Positions 25,224-37,773 are shown, counted from the first letter of the stretch. The stretch is DNA of 64,000 bases from Prorocentrum cordatum (GCA_963575745.1 CAUYUJ010000292.1:186001-250000); one strand, 5' to 3'. The notes: generated by a model not told the origin, from the sequence alone. A program made the numbers and translations.

Positions 25224-26499
25224 GCGGCAGCGTCGTCGTCGTCGGAGTTATCGTGGTCTTTGTCGTCGTCCGTCGTCGTCGTCGTCGTTTTCGTCGCCGG
25301 AGTGGGGGGGAGTTGTGGACATCCTATTGGTTTTCTTGGGGGATGGGCGGGGAGGGGTCCGGCGGGTCGCCCCCACTAATTTTCACATGGGTGGGGGGCG
25401 GTCCAGGTGTTAATTTTCCCCCGTGGGGGGTGTTCCAAACCCGCCACTAAATTCCTTTGGGGGACCACCCCCGCTCTGGTTTTGAGGGGGGGAAGGGGGG
25501 TTGAACCACCCCCACTTGCCAGCTATGGCTGACAACCCCCCTTCCCATGGTTTTGGCAATGTGAAGCCGTCGGGGGCGTCCTGGCAAAGCCTGGGGGGGG
25601 CCATAGGATAGCTGTGTTGGGGGTTCCTGCGGGGCTGCGGGCGCCTCCTGGGGCTCGGAACCTCGTGGGAGGAGTGGGCCTCCCCTGAGCAATTGTGGAA
25701 GATGTTTGTAGCCGAGGCACAGACAGATAGACCCAGCATCGCCACCACTCAAGCCAACCCGAGGGTGTGACGGCGCCCGGGGAGGCAGATAGATGGACGG
25801 AAATTGCACAAACGTATCCGTGCGACGGCGCCCGGGGGCATCTGTAGATAGACGGACGCACCACGCCAGCCAAGCAAAGCGGGGGCTAAAAGGCACACGA
25901 GGGCGAGGATTAAGGAGAACTGGGGGTTGAAGAGGGCAGGTCGGCGAGGGTGACCGAACGGAAACTGTTTTGCACAGCCGATGCACGGCAAGGTGCGAAG
26001 CGACTACAATAGCGGGCGCGCAGAAAGACCCCTGCAAATGGCAGCGGAACCAGCGCAACCCTGCATTCCCGGACAATTGCTATGCTACACACGCCTCTGC
26101 CAGACAATATACCGTTCTAGTATGGTGCTTAAGCGGGTCAATCGTGCCTCGCTGGCAGCCCGGAAGCAAAACGTCCAGGATACCAACAAGACACCACAAC
26201 CTGACTAAACAGCTGCAGCACATCGCTAGGCAATGAAAGGGTTCGACTGACCACCACTCCTATATAATCCGACAATGTGGCGCACTGTAACAGAACCTTC
26301 TGCTAACCAGGTCCCTCATACAAAACTGCGGTCACGACCGCAGCTAAAAGGCTGGCATCAGACTATCGGTGGAGCGCAAAATAGACGATTCAGGCGCTCA
26401 GCGCGCAACGGCCTGCTACCCGACGAACATAGTTCATGGAGACAGCGCCTCACTGGCGTGCCTCACTGTATCGACTTCGCGAACGTCGTTCGGACACGC

Positions 26500-28347
26500 G
26501 AGACCCTTCGCCTTCCTCTTCCGCGTCGCATTCGCGAACACAGTTCGGACATGCGACACCGAATTGATCACCTTTCGTCGTTGTCTTTGTCGAGGCTGCT
26601 GCAGCCGGAGCTCGGCGCTGTCTTCTTGTCACGCTCCTCGCCCAACCTCACCGCGGGATGCACGTTGGCAAAATTATCCTCCGCGACGTCGAAAATGAGC
26701 TGTTAACCGATGCCCCCCTTCGTCGTGGGGTCGGCCCTCATGTCGCGGGCGCCGCACCATAGCATATCGGATAACTGATTGGCGCGCAGATGGTCGGATG
26801 GCCACCGCAAGTGGACTGCCATGCCGTCGATGGCGGACGCGCGCGGTTCATGGCCAGCGCGGAGAAGACGGACATGCCGTGCACAACCAGCTCGGCCGGC
26901 ACAGCGAAGCCCCCCATCCCCCCTCAACCACCCGACCTCATCTGCCGAGGCGGGCCCGAGCGCCATCTCTCGGAGCGCGAGGAAGCGCGCCTGTAGGCCG
27001 TCTGCTGCGAAACGCGCTGCGAGCGACTCGGGGCCGCATGAAAATGACACCGGCGAACAACCCCCAATCATTACGCTATCGAGGAACCCCACATACTTAA
27101 CTTAAAACTTATGTGTTTGCTCTTCATTATCATATATGCGCAATCCTGCGTTCTAAACCCTCGTCGCAAATGTTGCCCTATATTGTCATCCAACAGACTA
27201 CTGAGTGAACCTCCTCCCTCTTCCCCGCTTTCTATCCTTCATCGGGAACAAGTTCGAGGTGGTCACCGAGGTCCGTTTCCTGGGATCGCAACAACCAATG
27301 AAGTCCGTCCAAGCAGCAAGCACCTGTGTGATGCGCTTGGCCCTGACCGGGTCGGGCGCGGGTCCTCCTGGTCAGCTGGGTATGGAACTTCACCGCATCC
27401 AGCCGCTATGCCAGGGCAGCCTGCCGCGAGAGGCGCGCCGGGCCTTCCACGTCGCGCAGGGAGTCGATGCCACGATGATCAGCAGCAGCTCGAAACGTCC
27501 AATGCCAGGGGGCGACGTCGCCCACCTCTCCGTAGAACTAGGCGCTAGCTACGCCGAGCATGTCAGGCTGCAGTGCGAACAGACGAAGGGTAGGTACATC
27601 CACTCTGTAGGATCTAGCGTTCGTAGAGCACCTGTCAAGCGCCTGCCACAAATTGGCATCGTCGCCCCTCCTCGACGGCAAGTACTCTGGATCAGAAGCT
27701 CGCTTGGCCGCGAATGCCTCGTACCATGTCACTGCTTTCGCATCCGCTTTGGTCAACAGGTTCTCGAGCTGAACTGATTCTCGCAGGCTTTGCGACCAAG
27801 GTGCTTCTGCCCGGCGGCGGTCCGTCTGAGCTGGCTCAGGGGACAGCTGAATGCGAGGGGCCACCGTGGAACGAACAGAGGTAGCAAGCAGAAGTGCTGG
27901 GGACCGCTGAGGAGTGAAGGCCTGCATGGGCGCGCACTTGATGGGCGCGCCCTGCGCGGGCGCGGCAACGCCCCCGTTGCCGGCGTCGCCGAGCCGCCGA
28001 ACTTTCGCCGACGGCTACCCCTCACCCTCTTCCGACTCCCCCGGCTGATCAGCGGGGAACCCGCCGCACGAAGGGTTCAGCAGGTACCTCACCAAGCACA
28101 GCCTCCTGGCATCGTCGGCGCCTCTTGTTCGCGGCAACTCACTGCACCTGGTGAGGAGCGTGTCAGGCCTCCAGTTGAGAAGCTGTCGCTGGTAAGCATT
28201 AAATGCGCCGCGTACCAAGCCGCCCCCACGCCTGTCAATATGTTCGCGCAAACCTTCTACGCTCACTTCGGCGCCCAGCTCCAGCATTGACTTCTCGAGC
28301 TGCTCGCGTGGAGGCGGCAGCGCCGACATGGCACATTTGGGCGCCAT
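26500..28347 (-). pseudogene. Degenerate intronless coding sequence(s) of unknown family
   Basis: High-complexity, protein-like minus-strand segments (MAPKCAMSALPPPREQLEKSMLELG...; QLENLLTKADAKAVTWYEAF...; GFLDSVMIGG...ARFLALREMALG) broken by stops and frameshifts. No motif recognised. Confidence 0.45.
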
Positions 28348-28559
28348 GACACGCGCTGCACCTATGACGGACAGTCACCGGCGCTAGCACGCCTCAGTGC
28401 ACACCCGAACGGTCTGAGCCTGCATGAGCCAAGGTGGCTACGAATTCTCGATGACGGTTGCACTGCGTTCCCCTGTGCCATGAACGCGACAGGTCCGGAT
28501 AGGAAACCTGAGTACCGATGTGCCCTGAGCACCGCCGTCAAGGAAAGAGGCCGCGCTGA

Positions 28560-30475
28560 AAGACCACCACCTGCGCCACCCCCATGATGTCGAGAAGATG
28601 CCATTCCTGCTATGCCCAGGACGACCGTCACGCATAGCGGCCGCACTCGGACATCACATCACCCCCTGCGCACCCCCGAAGGTGTTGTGAGAGACCACCC
28701 CCTGCGCACCCCTTATGGCGCCGAGTATATGCCATGCCTGCTGTGCCCTGGACGACCGTCACGGATAGCAGCCGCGATGAGAGACCACCCCCTGCGCACC
28801 CCCTATTAAGGTGTCGAGATTATGCCATGCCTGCTGTGCCCTGGACGACCGTCACGGATAGCAGCCGCGATGAGAGACCACCCCCTGCGCACCCCCTATG
28901 GTGTCGAGAATATGCCATGCCTGCTGTGCCCTGGACGACCGTCACGGATAGCGGCCGCGGTGAGAGACCACCCCCTGCGCACCCCCTACGTGTCGAGAGT
29001 ATGCCATGCCTGCTGTGCCCTGGACGACCGTCACGGATAGCGGCCGCGGTGAGGGACCACCCCCTGCGCACCCCTATGGTGTCGAGAATATGCCATGCCT
29101 GCTGGCCCAGGACGACCCGTCACGGATAGCGGCCGCGGTGAGAGACCACCCCCTGCGCACCCCCTTATGGTGTCGAGAATATGCCATGCCTGCTGTGCCC
29201 TGGACGACCGTCACGGATAGCGGCCGCGGTGAGAACCACCCCCTGCGCGCCCCGCTATGGTGTCGCGAAATATGCCATGCCTGCTGTGCCCTGGACGACC
29301 GTCACGGATAGCGGCCGCGGTGAGAGACCACCCCCTGCGCACCCCCTATGGTGTCGAGAATATGCCATGCCTGCTGTGCCCTGGACGACCGTCACGGATA
29401 GCGGCCGCGGTGAGAGACCACCCCCTGCGCACCCCCTATGGTGTCGAGAATATGCCATGCCTGCTGTGCCCTGGACGACCGTCACGGATAGCGGCCGCGG
29501 TGAGAGACCGCCCCCTGCGCACCCCCTCTGGTGTCGAGAATATGCCATGCCTGCTGTGCCCTGGACGACCGTCACGCGGCCGCGGTGAGAGACCACCCCC
29601 TGCGCACCCCCTACGGTGTCGAGAATATGCCATGCCTGCTGTCCCTCTGGTGTCGAGAATATGTCATGCCTGCTGTGCCCTGGACGACCGTCACGGATAG
29701 CGGCCGCGGTGAGAGACCACCCCCTCCGCACCTCCATATGGTGTCGAGAATATGCCATGCCTGCAGTGCCCTGGACGACCGTCACGGATAGCGGCCGCGG
29801 TGAGAGACCACCCCCTGCGCACCCCCTGTGGTGTCGAGAATATGCCATGCCTGGTGTGCCCTGGACGACCGTCACAGATTGCGGCCGCGATGAGAGACCA
29901 TCCCCGGCGCACCCCCTATGGTGTCGAGAATATGCAATGTCTGCTGTGCCCTGGACGACCGTCGCGGATAGCGGCCGCGGTGAGAGACCGCCCCCTGCGC
30001 ACCCTCTCTTGTGTCGAGAATATGCCATGCCTGCTGTGCCCTGGACGACCGTCACGGATAGCGGCCGCGGTGAGAGACCACCCCCTGCGCACCCCCTTAT
30101 GGTGTCGAGAATATGCCATGCCTGCTGTGCCCTGGACGACCGCCACGGATAGCGGCCGCGGTGAGAGACCACCCCCTGCGCACCCCTCTGGCGTCGAGAA
30201 TATGCCATGCCTGCTGCGCCCTGGACGACCGTCACGCATAGAGGCCGCGCTGAGAGACCACCCCCTGCGCACCCCCTATGGTGTCGAGAATATGCCATGC
30301 CTGCTGTGCCCTGGACGACCGCCACGGATAGCGGCCGCGGTCAGAGACCACCCCCTGCGCACCCCCTCTGGCATCGAGAAAGTGCCACGCCTGCCACGCT
30401 CTCCGACCCTGGCACCCATAGAGGCCGCGCTGAGAGATCACCCCCTGCGCACCCCCTCTGGCGTCGAGAAAGTAC
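28560..30475 (+). repeat. 90-bp tandem satellite, ~21 units
   Basis: Consensus GGTGTCGAGAATATGCCATGCCTGCTGTGCCCTGGACGACCGTCACGGATAGCGGCCGCGGTGAGAGACCACCCCCTGCGCACCCCCTAT. Identical units at 29281, 29371 and 29461; diverged at both edges. Confidence 0.97.
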
Positions 30476-30900
30476 CCAGGATGGTGTGCATGCGTCTTGA
30501 ATGTATGATGCAGTGAACGCGCCACGCGTGTCTCACTCGCGCGCCCTGCGGCTGTATGTTGAGAAAGTGCAACGCCTGTTCTGCGCCATGGCCCGCATAG
30601 AGCCTCCTGCCATGCACTGCGAATCCTACGCGCACGTCTGCGATGGGGGGGCACCTCATGTGGGTGCCCAGCATGCTGTGCACGCGTGTTGAATGCATGA
30701 TGCAGTGAACGCGCCGCGCGTGTCTCATTTGTGTCTCATGTACGCGCCGTGGACGCGTTGCGCGTAGGTGAATGGAGGGAGGAAGCAAGCGGGGGAGGGG
30801 AGGAGGGAGGAGGGGAGGCGCGCGCGAGGAGACGCAGGTGCGACGCGGCAGGGAAGAAAACCAGAACCCCACGAAACACGTGGGGAATAATATTTTTAAA

Positions 30901-31260
30901 AGCTGTAGGGCTATATAAGGCTATATGGGCAATAGGGCTATTGGGCGATAGGGTAATAGAGTAACAGGGCTATAGGGCAATAGGGCTATAGGGCTGTAGG
31001 GTATATGGGGCATAGGGCTATAGAGATAGGGCTGTACGGCTATAGGGCTATAGGGCTATTGAGCTATAGGGCTATTGGGCTATTGAACTATAGGGCTGTA
31101 GGGCTATAGGGCTACAGGGCTATTGGGCTATAGGACTACGAGGCTATAGGGCACCCCCGGGCACCCCCGGGCACGCCCGGGCACCCGGGCACCCGGGCAC
31201 CCCTGGGCACCCCTGGGCACCCGGGCACACGGGCACCCCCGAGCACCCGGGCACCCGGGC
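30901..31260. repeat. (ATAGGGCT)-type and (GGGCACCC)-type short tandem repeats
   Basis: Direct inspection; CCTAACCTAACC follows at ~31284. Confidence 0.9.
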
Positions 31261-31344
31261 GCGCAGCGAAAATCGGCGGCAAACCTAACCTAACCATATG
31301 AATCCGCTAGGACCTCTACAGAGGCAAGCTCTGATTGGGGAATA

Positions 31345-31560
31345 TACACGCAAGCTTGCGCGACCGGCTCACAGCGTCGACGAAGTGGCAGATCTGTTCG
31401 CCAGTGCTGCGGCACTTGCCCGAGCACACGCGCGCGGCGCCTATCATGCCGCATCCTGTCTCCTCCTCACCCTTGAAGAAACCGTCGCTGCGCGCGCAGA
31501 TCTGGCCTGCGCGCTCCATCACCGGGAAGATGACGCGCGCTGCGATGTTCAGCATCGCCT
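31345..31560 (-). pseudogene. Copia RNase H, N-terminal part (truncated)
   Basis: ICARSDGFFKGEEETGCGMIG...CHFVDAVSRSRK resembles the SD...G...W/D-x-S-K start of copia RNase H. Confidence 0.6.
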
Positions 31561-31739
31561 GGAAAAAAATTGAGCTGCATCATGCGCCTGTCGAGCAGCG
31601 CGCGCTCGGCCCGTTGCAGCGCGGCGACGCGGACGGCAACGCGGCGCCGCGCGAGCAGCGCAGAAGCAGCTGCTCCGAGAAGGGGGACAGAGAGGTGAGA
31701 GAGGACCTCTGGCTGACACGTCGGCCTCCGATTTTATTT

Positions 31740-32560
31740 ACCAGGCCGACGCGCCCGATGGAGGTCAGCGCGTCGACGCACGCGTCCTGGTCGAGCGTCG
31801 CTGCGCTATCGAACGCGCCACAATTTGTGAAGTCGTCGCAATTGCTCTTCAGTTTGCCGAAGACGCTCTCGATGTGGCCGATGGGCCAGTCGGCATGATC
31901 CGCGCGCCCTGCGATGTAAAAACCGCCCATGTGCCTGGAGAAAGTGAGCACTAGCTGCGAGACGCCAGCGCCACAAATGTCGGACGCCTCGCACTTGACC
32001 TCGAGCTCCGGGCCCACCGCGTCGACTAGGCGCCGCGCTCGGGCGAGCGCGTGGCCCGGGCGCGCATCGCGAAGAAAGCCCCGGGCGCATCCTTGCAGCC
32101 CGTGCCCAGCTGGATGCAGCGAAGGCACTCGGACCTCTCGACGAAGCATCCGCAACCTGGGACCTGCCTGAGGATGGCCGCACTGCAGGGCGGCAGGGTG
32201 AAATTCACCTCTCTTGGCGCTTCGCCCTGCTCTTGCATCTCGGCATAGGCCATGCCCCGCGGGAACGCTTGCCTCGACGCCCGCGGCGACGCACACCCAG
32301 TCTGGGCAACAAGCAGCCCCTGAGGCCAGAATGCGCTGAGACGCCCGTTTCGCCGAACCTGCAAACGTCTCCAGCGCGGGGCTCTAGGGCCCATGTCGGG
32401 GAAGCCCCTCAGCGCCGCGCGGCACTGGATGACCCCCGCGGCCCTGCCGCCAGATCACTTCCGGCGCCCCCGCGTGAACGCGCGCCTGGACCCACGACAT
32501 TACGAGCGCCTTCGCTCGAAACGCTTGCATTTGACCCAGATGGTGAGCTCATCCAAGATG
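31740..32560 (-). pseudogene. Copia reverse transcriptase
   Basis: AILDELTIW..F; QAFPRG (AFLxG); EVNFTLPP; GTGCKDAPGAF (GLKDAPR); HMGG (HVDD); VFGKL...FTNCG...LDQDACVDAL. Confidence 0.85.
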
Positions 32561-33799
32561 GCGGGTTCACGTCCTTGGTCAGCCTCGACACCTCCTCTTG
32601 CGTCTGGAGATCGGCGTCGCGCTTGATTGCCGCGGTCTTGACGGCGGCGCAAGCCCAAGCATGGCTGCGGTGTGCCCGCCGGCAACATTGGCTGCCATCG
32701 AGGCAACTCAGGAATGCTTCTGGCACTCTTGGTGGGCGAGCAACGACATATGTACATGTACGCCCTCCGCGGTCTTGCCTGCACGAACGTCCGCGTCGAC
32801 ACGCACTCCAGGGGAAACTAACCGCGTACGTGTACATATGTTGCTGGCCTCTGACTTGGGTCCACTTATAAATCCACGCGTTTCCCTCCTACACCCTCCA
32901 CGTCAAGCTCGGCGTAGACGCCCAAGGTGGCGCCGCGAAGATAGTGGTGACGTTGCGCGTGGATGTGCCGACGGTGGCGCGGGATCTCCAGGCGCTGGAG
33001 TCACCCGCGCGGTCAGCGGGCTATGCTGGCGACCACGTGCTCGACAGAAGCGTTGACCGTCTGCTGGCTGTCGGGGCCCAGGCTCCTGTAGCCCCAGAGT
33101 CAGATCCTCAGCGCCCTCGACCTCCTGTCAAGCTGCCAACATCACCCGTCGGACGTGGCCGGAAAAGTCGCCGTCGGCCTCTCCGGGCATCGCCGACGGG
33201 GCCGATGGCGAACCACCCTCGGCAACGGTGGCGGCGCCATTGGGAACGGCGATGACACAATCATCGAACGCCCCGCCCTGCCCCGGGCCGGCGTCGGCAG
33301 CCAGCAACTGTTCGTCACCCGGGACAAACTGGATGATGCAAACGTCCTTGCCTGCCAGCCGACGAGGCAGCGGGCGTCGAACTCGTCGCCGCCCAAGCGC
33401 AGTTGGCGGGCGTCGCTGGGCCCCGAGGGAACCACCAGATGACGAGTCTGCGGTTTCAACCTGGCCAGACGCCCACAGATTTCTGACCGCGCACGAGACG
33501 CGCGGCACGAACGCCCGCGGGCTGAAAACACCTTCGGGACAAATGACGCAGAGCATCGAGGACATCAGGACGTCGCCGAGCCCGCTCGACCAGCTGCTTG
33601 CCCTGCTCGCCCCCCCAGTGCCCGAAAGTCCTGGCCCCTGAGCCCTGCGCGATATGCTCTAGGATGTCCTCCGCGCAATCCATGGCCAGGCCTGCTCGCG
33701 CCATGCCGACGCCCGCGTCGTCGAAGACGGCACCGACGAAGGTCCACGCGTCCTGCAGCCAGCAGACCATCTCGGCATTGCGGCACTTGACTGCGAACT

Positions 33800-34820
33800 T
33801 GCCTCTGGCCAGATCCACGGGAAGGATGGCACCAGGACCAGCCCCACCTGGCGCGCCCGTCGTGCAGGGAGGCCAATGGATCTCCGCTTGATCACTCACG
33901 TTGAAGCGCCCGTCTCCAGTTCCGGCGGCGCGTGTCCAGAGGGCGCGGCTGACGCGGGCGATCGAAGCAGCCCGGTTAAAGCGCTGATGGATCTTTCACG
34001 GAACCGCCACTACAGTCGGCCAGGCTGCACAGTTGCTGCCCGCGAAGATGGCGCGGGCCAGCATGGATTGAAGTTGGCGAAGATGCCTTCCCGCTCCACC
34101 TGCTCCTCGCTGGCGCGCAGCGCGCGTCGCAGCAGTGCACCGCGTCGCTATATGAAATGAGCCCGCTGGCGTGGAGCGCGGACGCCCACCCAGGCCCCTC
34201 CCCCCCTCGACCTCCACGAAAAACTTGGAGGCCATGCCACCTTCGCCGTCCACGATGAAGGCCTCCACGGTTCCAAATAGCTGGATCCATGATCTTGAAG
34301 GGAAACTGGGACACACAAATAAATACACAAATAAAAAGATTCCCCATATTTTCCTATATGTTCTGGGTTTTTGTCTTCCCCACCACTTCCCATATTTCCC
34401 ATATTTTCTGGGAAATCGACGATTAATTGTGTCTGCGTGTTTGTTTCCCTCCTGAGATCTGCCGACTGCTGCCAGCATCGTTGAGTCGCACCTGCCCGCG
34501 GCCCCCTGGCGGTTGCCACCCTGGAGAGCAGAAATGTCGCATTCAACGTGCTGGTTGAATCGCGTCGGAAGGCGGCGCAGCGCGGGAATGGCGCGGCGCG
34601 CCGGTGGCAGCCACTTCCAGCATTCCACACAGCTGTTGACTGACCACTGTGGTGATAAGGTCGAGGATCGCCTGTGGCATGTCGGCTGCACGCAGTGCTC
34701 GTGCCATCCACGCCTAGTGGCGTGCCATCACTGGAAATGTAGCTGGCGTGGCTCTCGCATTCGCGTCTCGCGCGAGTTGCCGCGCAGTGCTCGCGGTGAC
34801 GTGGCGATGTCGGAGCGAGT
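33800..34820 (-). pseudogene. Integrase (HHCC + core)
   Basis: LHFQ*WHA...VNSCVEC...PTRFNQHVECD...SWIQLFGTVEAFIVDGEGG...FI*RRGALLR. Confidence 0.8.
34296..34455. mobile_element. 160-bp AT-rich insertion in the integrase
   Basis: GATCT direct repeat at 34291-34295 and 34456-34460; AGGGAAAC...GTTTCCCT inverted ends. Removal restores AAVGRSWIQLFG. Confidence 0.75.
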
Positions 34821-35489
34821 CCAGTCTGCAAGCGTTTGGGTTGCCTACAGCAGCGCCGGCAGCTCTCGGCGCCGTAAGTCTCGGCGCTGCGCCAGCTGCC
34901 GGATTGGCCCCTAGTCGTGGACCAGCAACACAACTGCCCGATCCAATGCCCTGGGCCATTGCGCTGGAGGATGATCTGGCTCCTGGCGCACAAGACAATG
35001 CCGGCGGCAATGCTGCCTCGTCAACTGCTCCGAGGTCGGCTCCTCCAAGTAGTCGGGCCTGTGGGCCGCCGGCAGGTGCCCAGGGACGTTGGCCAATACG
35101 TGGACGCGGCCGCGCGTGAGGATCCGAGAACCAGCACTCGCTGAACTCGTGGACGCGCGCTGGATGGTCGCGTTCTTCCCTCACGGCAGGTGGGGCATTC
35201 CCAATTCACTGGGGCGCTGCGAGGGCGCCAGCAACTGGCCAGGTCTCGGGGGCGCACTGGCGAGTCCGATCCCGCGCTGCGTCGGCGCGCCTTGCAAGGG
35301 CAGCGCGCGCGCGCTCAGCGGCCATGGCACTCCTGATTTCGCCCTCTGTGGCCCATGAGATTCCACCGCTGGAAAGGCTGCCGCATCGAAATCGTACTCG
35401 CGAACATAAAAAGTTCGCCTCACGCGGTCGTCTCAGGCGTCGGCGTAGGCCCGCGGTGCCCTGGACAAGCCGTCCGGCCATCCTCCATA

Positions 35490-36045
35490 GCCAGACCCGG
35501 GCGTCGGTGCCGTCGCGGCCATCAACGCGCACGAGCGCTTGTTGGCGCACCTGAGAAACACAAACTGCTCGGGCATCTTCGGGGCGTTGGAGACAAGGCC
35601 CGCGGCCTTCCTCAAAATACCCCCGTGACGATCTCGAAATCGGAGTTGGCCCTGGCCGAAGATGACCACATGCACGCCCGGCGTCGATAGTACCTCTGGC
35701 CAGGGCGGCTCGGCGCACGGCCGCGACGGTTCGGGCGGTTCGCTGGCGAAGTCGCCGCCGAGCTGTAGTTGCAGCTGTGAAAAGTAGCCGAAGAATCGAC
35801 CGCGAGGTGCTGCGCCCCCGCGGCATCGTTGCCAAGCACGGCCGAGCGGCAGGCAGGCGGGAGCCAGGATGGCCACTAGGGGCCAGCGTTGTCGGATGCA
35901 TCGCTACAAGGCCTCCTGCTGGCTCTCGCCATTGAGGTCGCAGCCCGCGACCAAGTCGAAAGTGGCACCCGACCTGAGGCGGCGGCGGACAGCGCATTGA
36001 CCGGCCCCCGCCTCACCACCGCACCACCACGATGTCGGCGCCGTG
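35490..36045 (-). pseudogene. Cytosine-C5-methyltransferase-like domain inside the copia polyprotein
   Basis: DIV.CGGEA (motif I-like), FDLVAGCDL, VAILAPAC (motif IV PC-like), FASEPP (motif VI-like), VVIFGQGQL...LRKAAGLVSN (motif VII/VIII-like). One frame with a single internal stop. Confidence 0.55.
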
Positions 36046-37363
36046 ATCGATGAAAGCGAGGCAGGCGAAGCGGCGGCGAACGTCGCAGATCTCGGGGCAA
36101 CTCGGAAGCACGAGGCCACACGCGGCACTCACATGCTCGCCTCGTTGGAGCACTCGCCACATGACTATCTGACGCCCCCGCCGACGAGCCCTGAAACCAC
36201 CGCGCGGGCATGCCCAAGGCCAGACTGCCGCGGAGGTTGTCGTCGTCGTCGTCGTACACGTCGGCGCGACTCAGCTCGCCAATGGCTGGGAAGCCCAGAA
36301 GATATGGGGCCAGACCCGCGAGGTCGGCGCTGCGGTCGTCGCAGTGGTCCTCAGCGAACTGCTGACGCGCTCTGGGTACGCGGCCCCGCGTCATCCATGC
36401 TTTCTGGCGCGCGCGCTCTGCAGCAGGGTGGGCGCCGACATCTCCATTGTCGGGCACCTGCCGCGGACGTTCGTGTCGACCTACAAAAACCGCACCGCGC
36501 GCGGTACTTCGTTCCGCCTGTGGCCCTGGGTGCGCTGCTTGGCGCCGCGGCGCTTGCCCGGCGTCGCGGCCGCGCGAAACCCCGGCGCTGGGAGAGGCGT
36601 TCAAGTCCGGCGCGCAAACTGACGTCGCGCCCCGCTGAGGGCGCGACTGTCGCGTCGCACCCGCGCTGGTGGCAGCGCCGCTGCAACAGGCGAACGGCGC
36701 AAAAGCTCGCGGCGCATCAGGTCCGAGCGCACCCTCCGGCCGATGATCGCCCAATCTTTCTCGTGCTCCTCGAGCTCGATGTGGCACCTGCAAAGATGGT
36801 TGCAATATGGTGTACGCCGCGAAGACCGCACTGATATGTTTAGCCTCCAGGACCAAGGGCGCGCGGCGTGCCCCGCGCACATGCGCGTCGATCACCCGTC
36901 GCACTGGCGGTCGTTTGCTGGCCGCGGCTACCGTAGATCACGACTCTCGTGCCAGGGCCCTTGACTCGCGGACGCCAGTCGGGAGGGGAGTCGAGAACTG
37001 GGTGAGTCTCGCCCCTATTCGCGTCACACGCGAGCCATGCAATGCTGCGGGCGGACCTGGGGCACGTGGGATCGGCTAGCGTCGCGACAGCACCCTCAAA
37101 GCTGGAAGTCCGAACGACGTCGAAGCCGCGATCTTGCGGTGCTAGCGAGGTGACCCGTCCTCTCCCCAAAACCCAGGCGGGGCGTCCTGGTCACGCTGCC
37201 CGATTCTGCCGGAGCAGGTCGGCCAGGCCAGACTGGCGGGCTGACCCGTCCTCCTCCTAATAAGGCGGCTGCGTGGGGTCGTCGGAAACATAATTATCCT
37301 CAGACCCTGCCGGCGCTGCGGTGCCCGACTCCTGCGGGATAGTTCGTAGCTGAAATACATCAT

Positions 37364-37773
37364 GCCAGTATGACCGAAACCCCCGCGCCGCGGGAAGATC
37401 GAGGAATGTTGGTAACAACCACCGTATCGGAGTCGGTGAAGATGCGCTCCAGGATGAACTGGGCGATCCCCCGGCCTTGCTAGACCACGAACGTCCGCGG
37501 GCTGGCGCTGTGCATGATCACCTTGATCTCGCCGCGGTAGTCAGGGCCACCAACTCCGCCCACGACGAGAACACCCTCGAGGCTAGTCTCGAGCGCGGGG
37601 CGATCCGTATATAAGCGCTCGGCGGGGCAATAGCGGCCAAGCTCGTCGACGCCAGCTTGCGACCACAGGTCACGATACAGACGCCCGCGCAGGCGAAATA
37701 GGTCATAGCCTGCTGCCTGCGGTGCGCCCCGCACTGGAGCTTGTGCGGTGGAACTGAGAAGCTGTATCTTGAG
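37364..37773 (-). pseudogene. dut: Trimeric-family dUTPase inside the copia polyprotein
   Basis: All five motifs across frameshifts: LKIQLLSSTAQAPVRGAPQAAGYDL, YIRIAPRSRLA, GVGGPDYRGEIKV, IAQFILERI, RGAGGFGHTG. Confidence 0.93.

Noticed and set aside
28560..30475. CRISPR array or repeat-protein gene
   Set aside because: There are no unique spacers and whole units repeat. Although 90 is a multiple of 3, frequent 1-2 nt indels break every frame.
30900..31300. Telomeric repeats or the 3' LTR of the copia
   Set aside because: The units are not TTTAGGG-type and there are only two CCTAA copies. No matching LTR was found upstream of 41640, and RNase H is truncated here.
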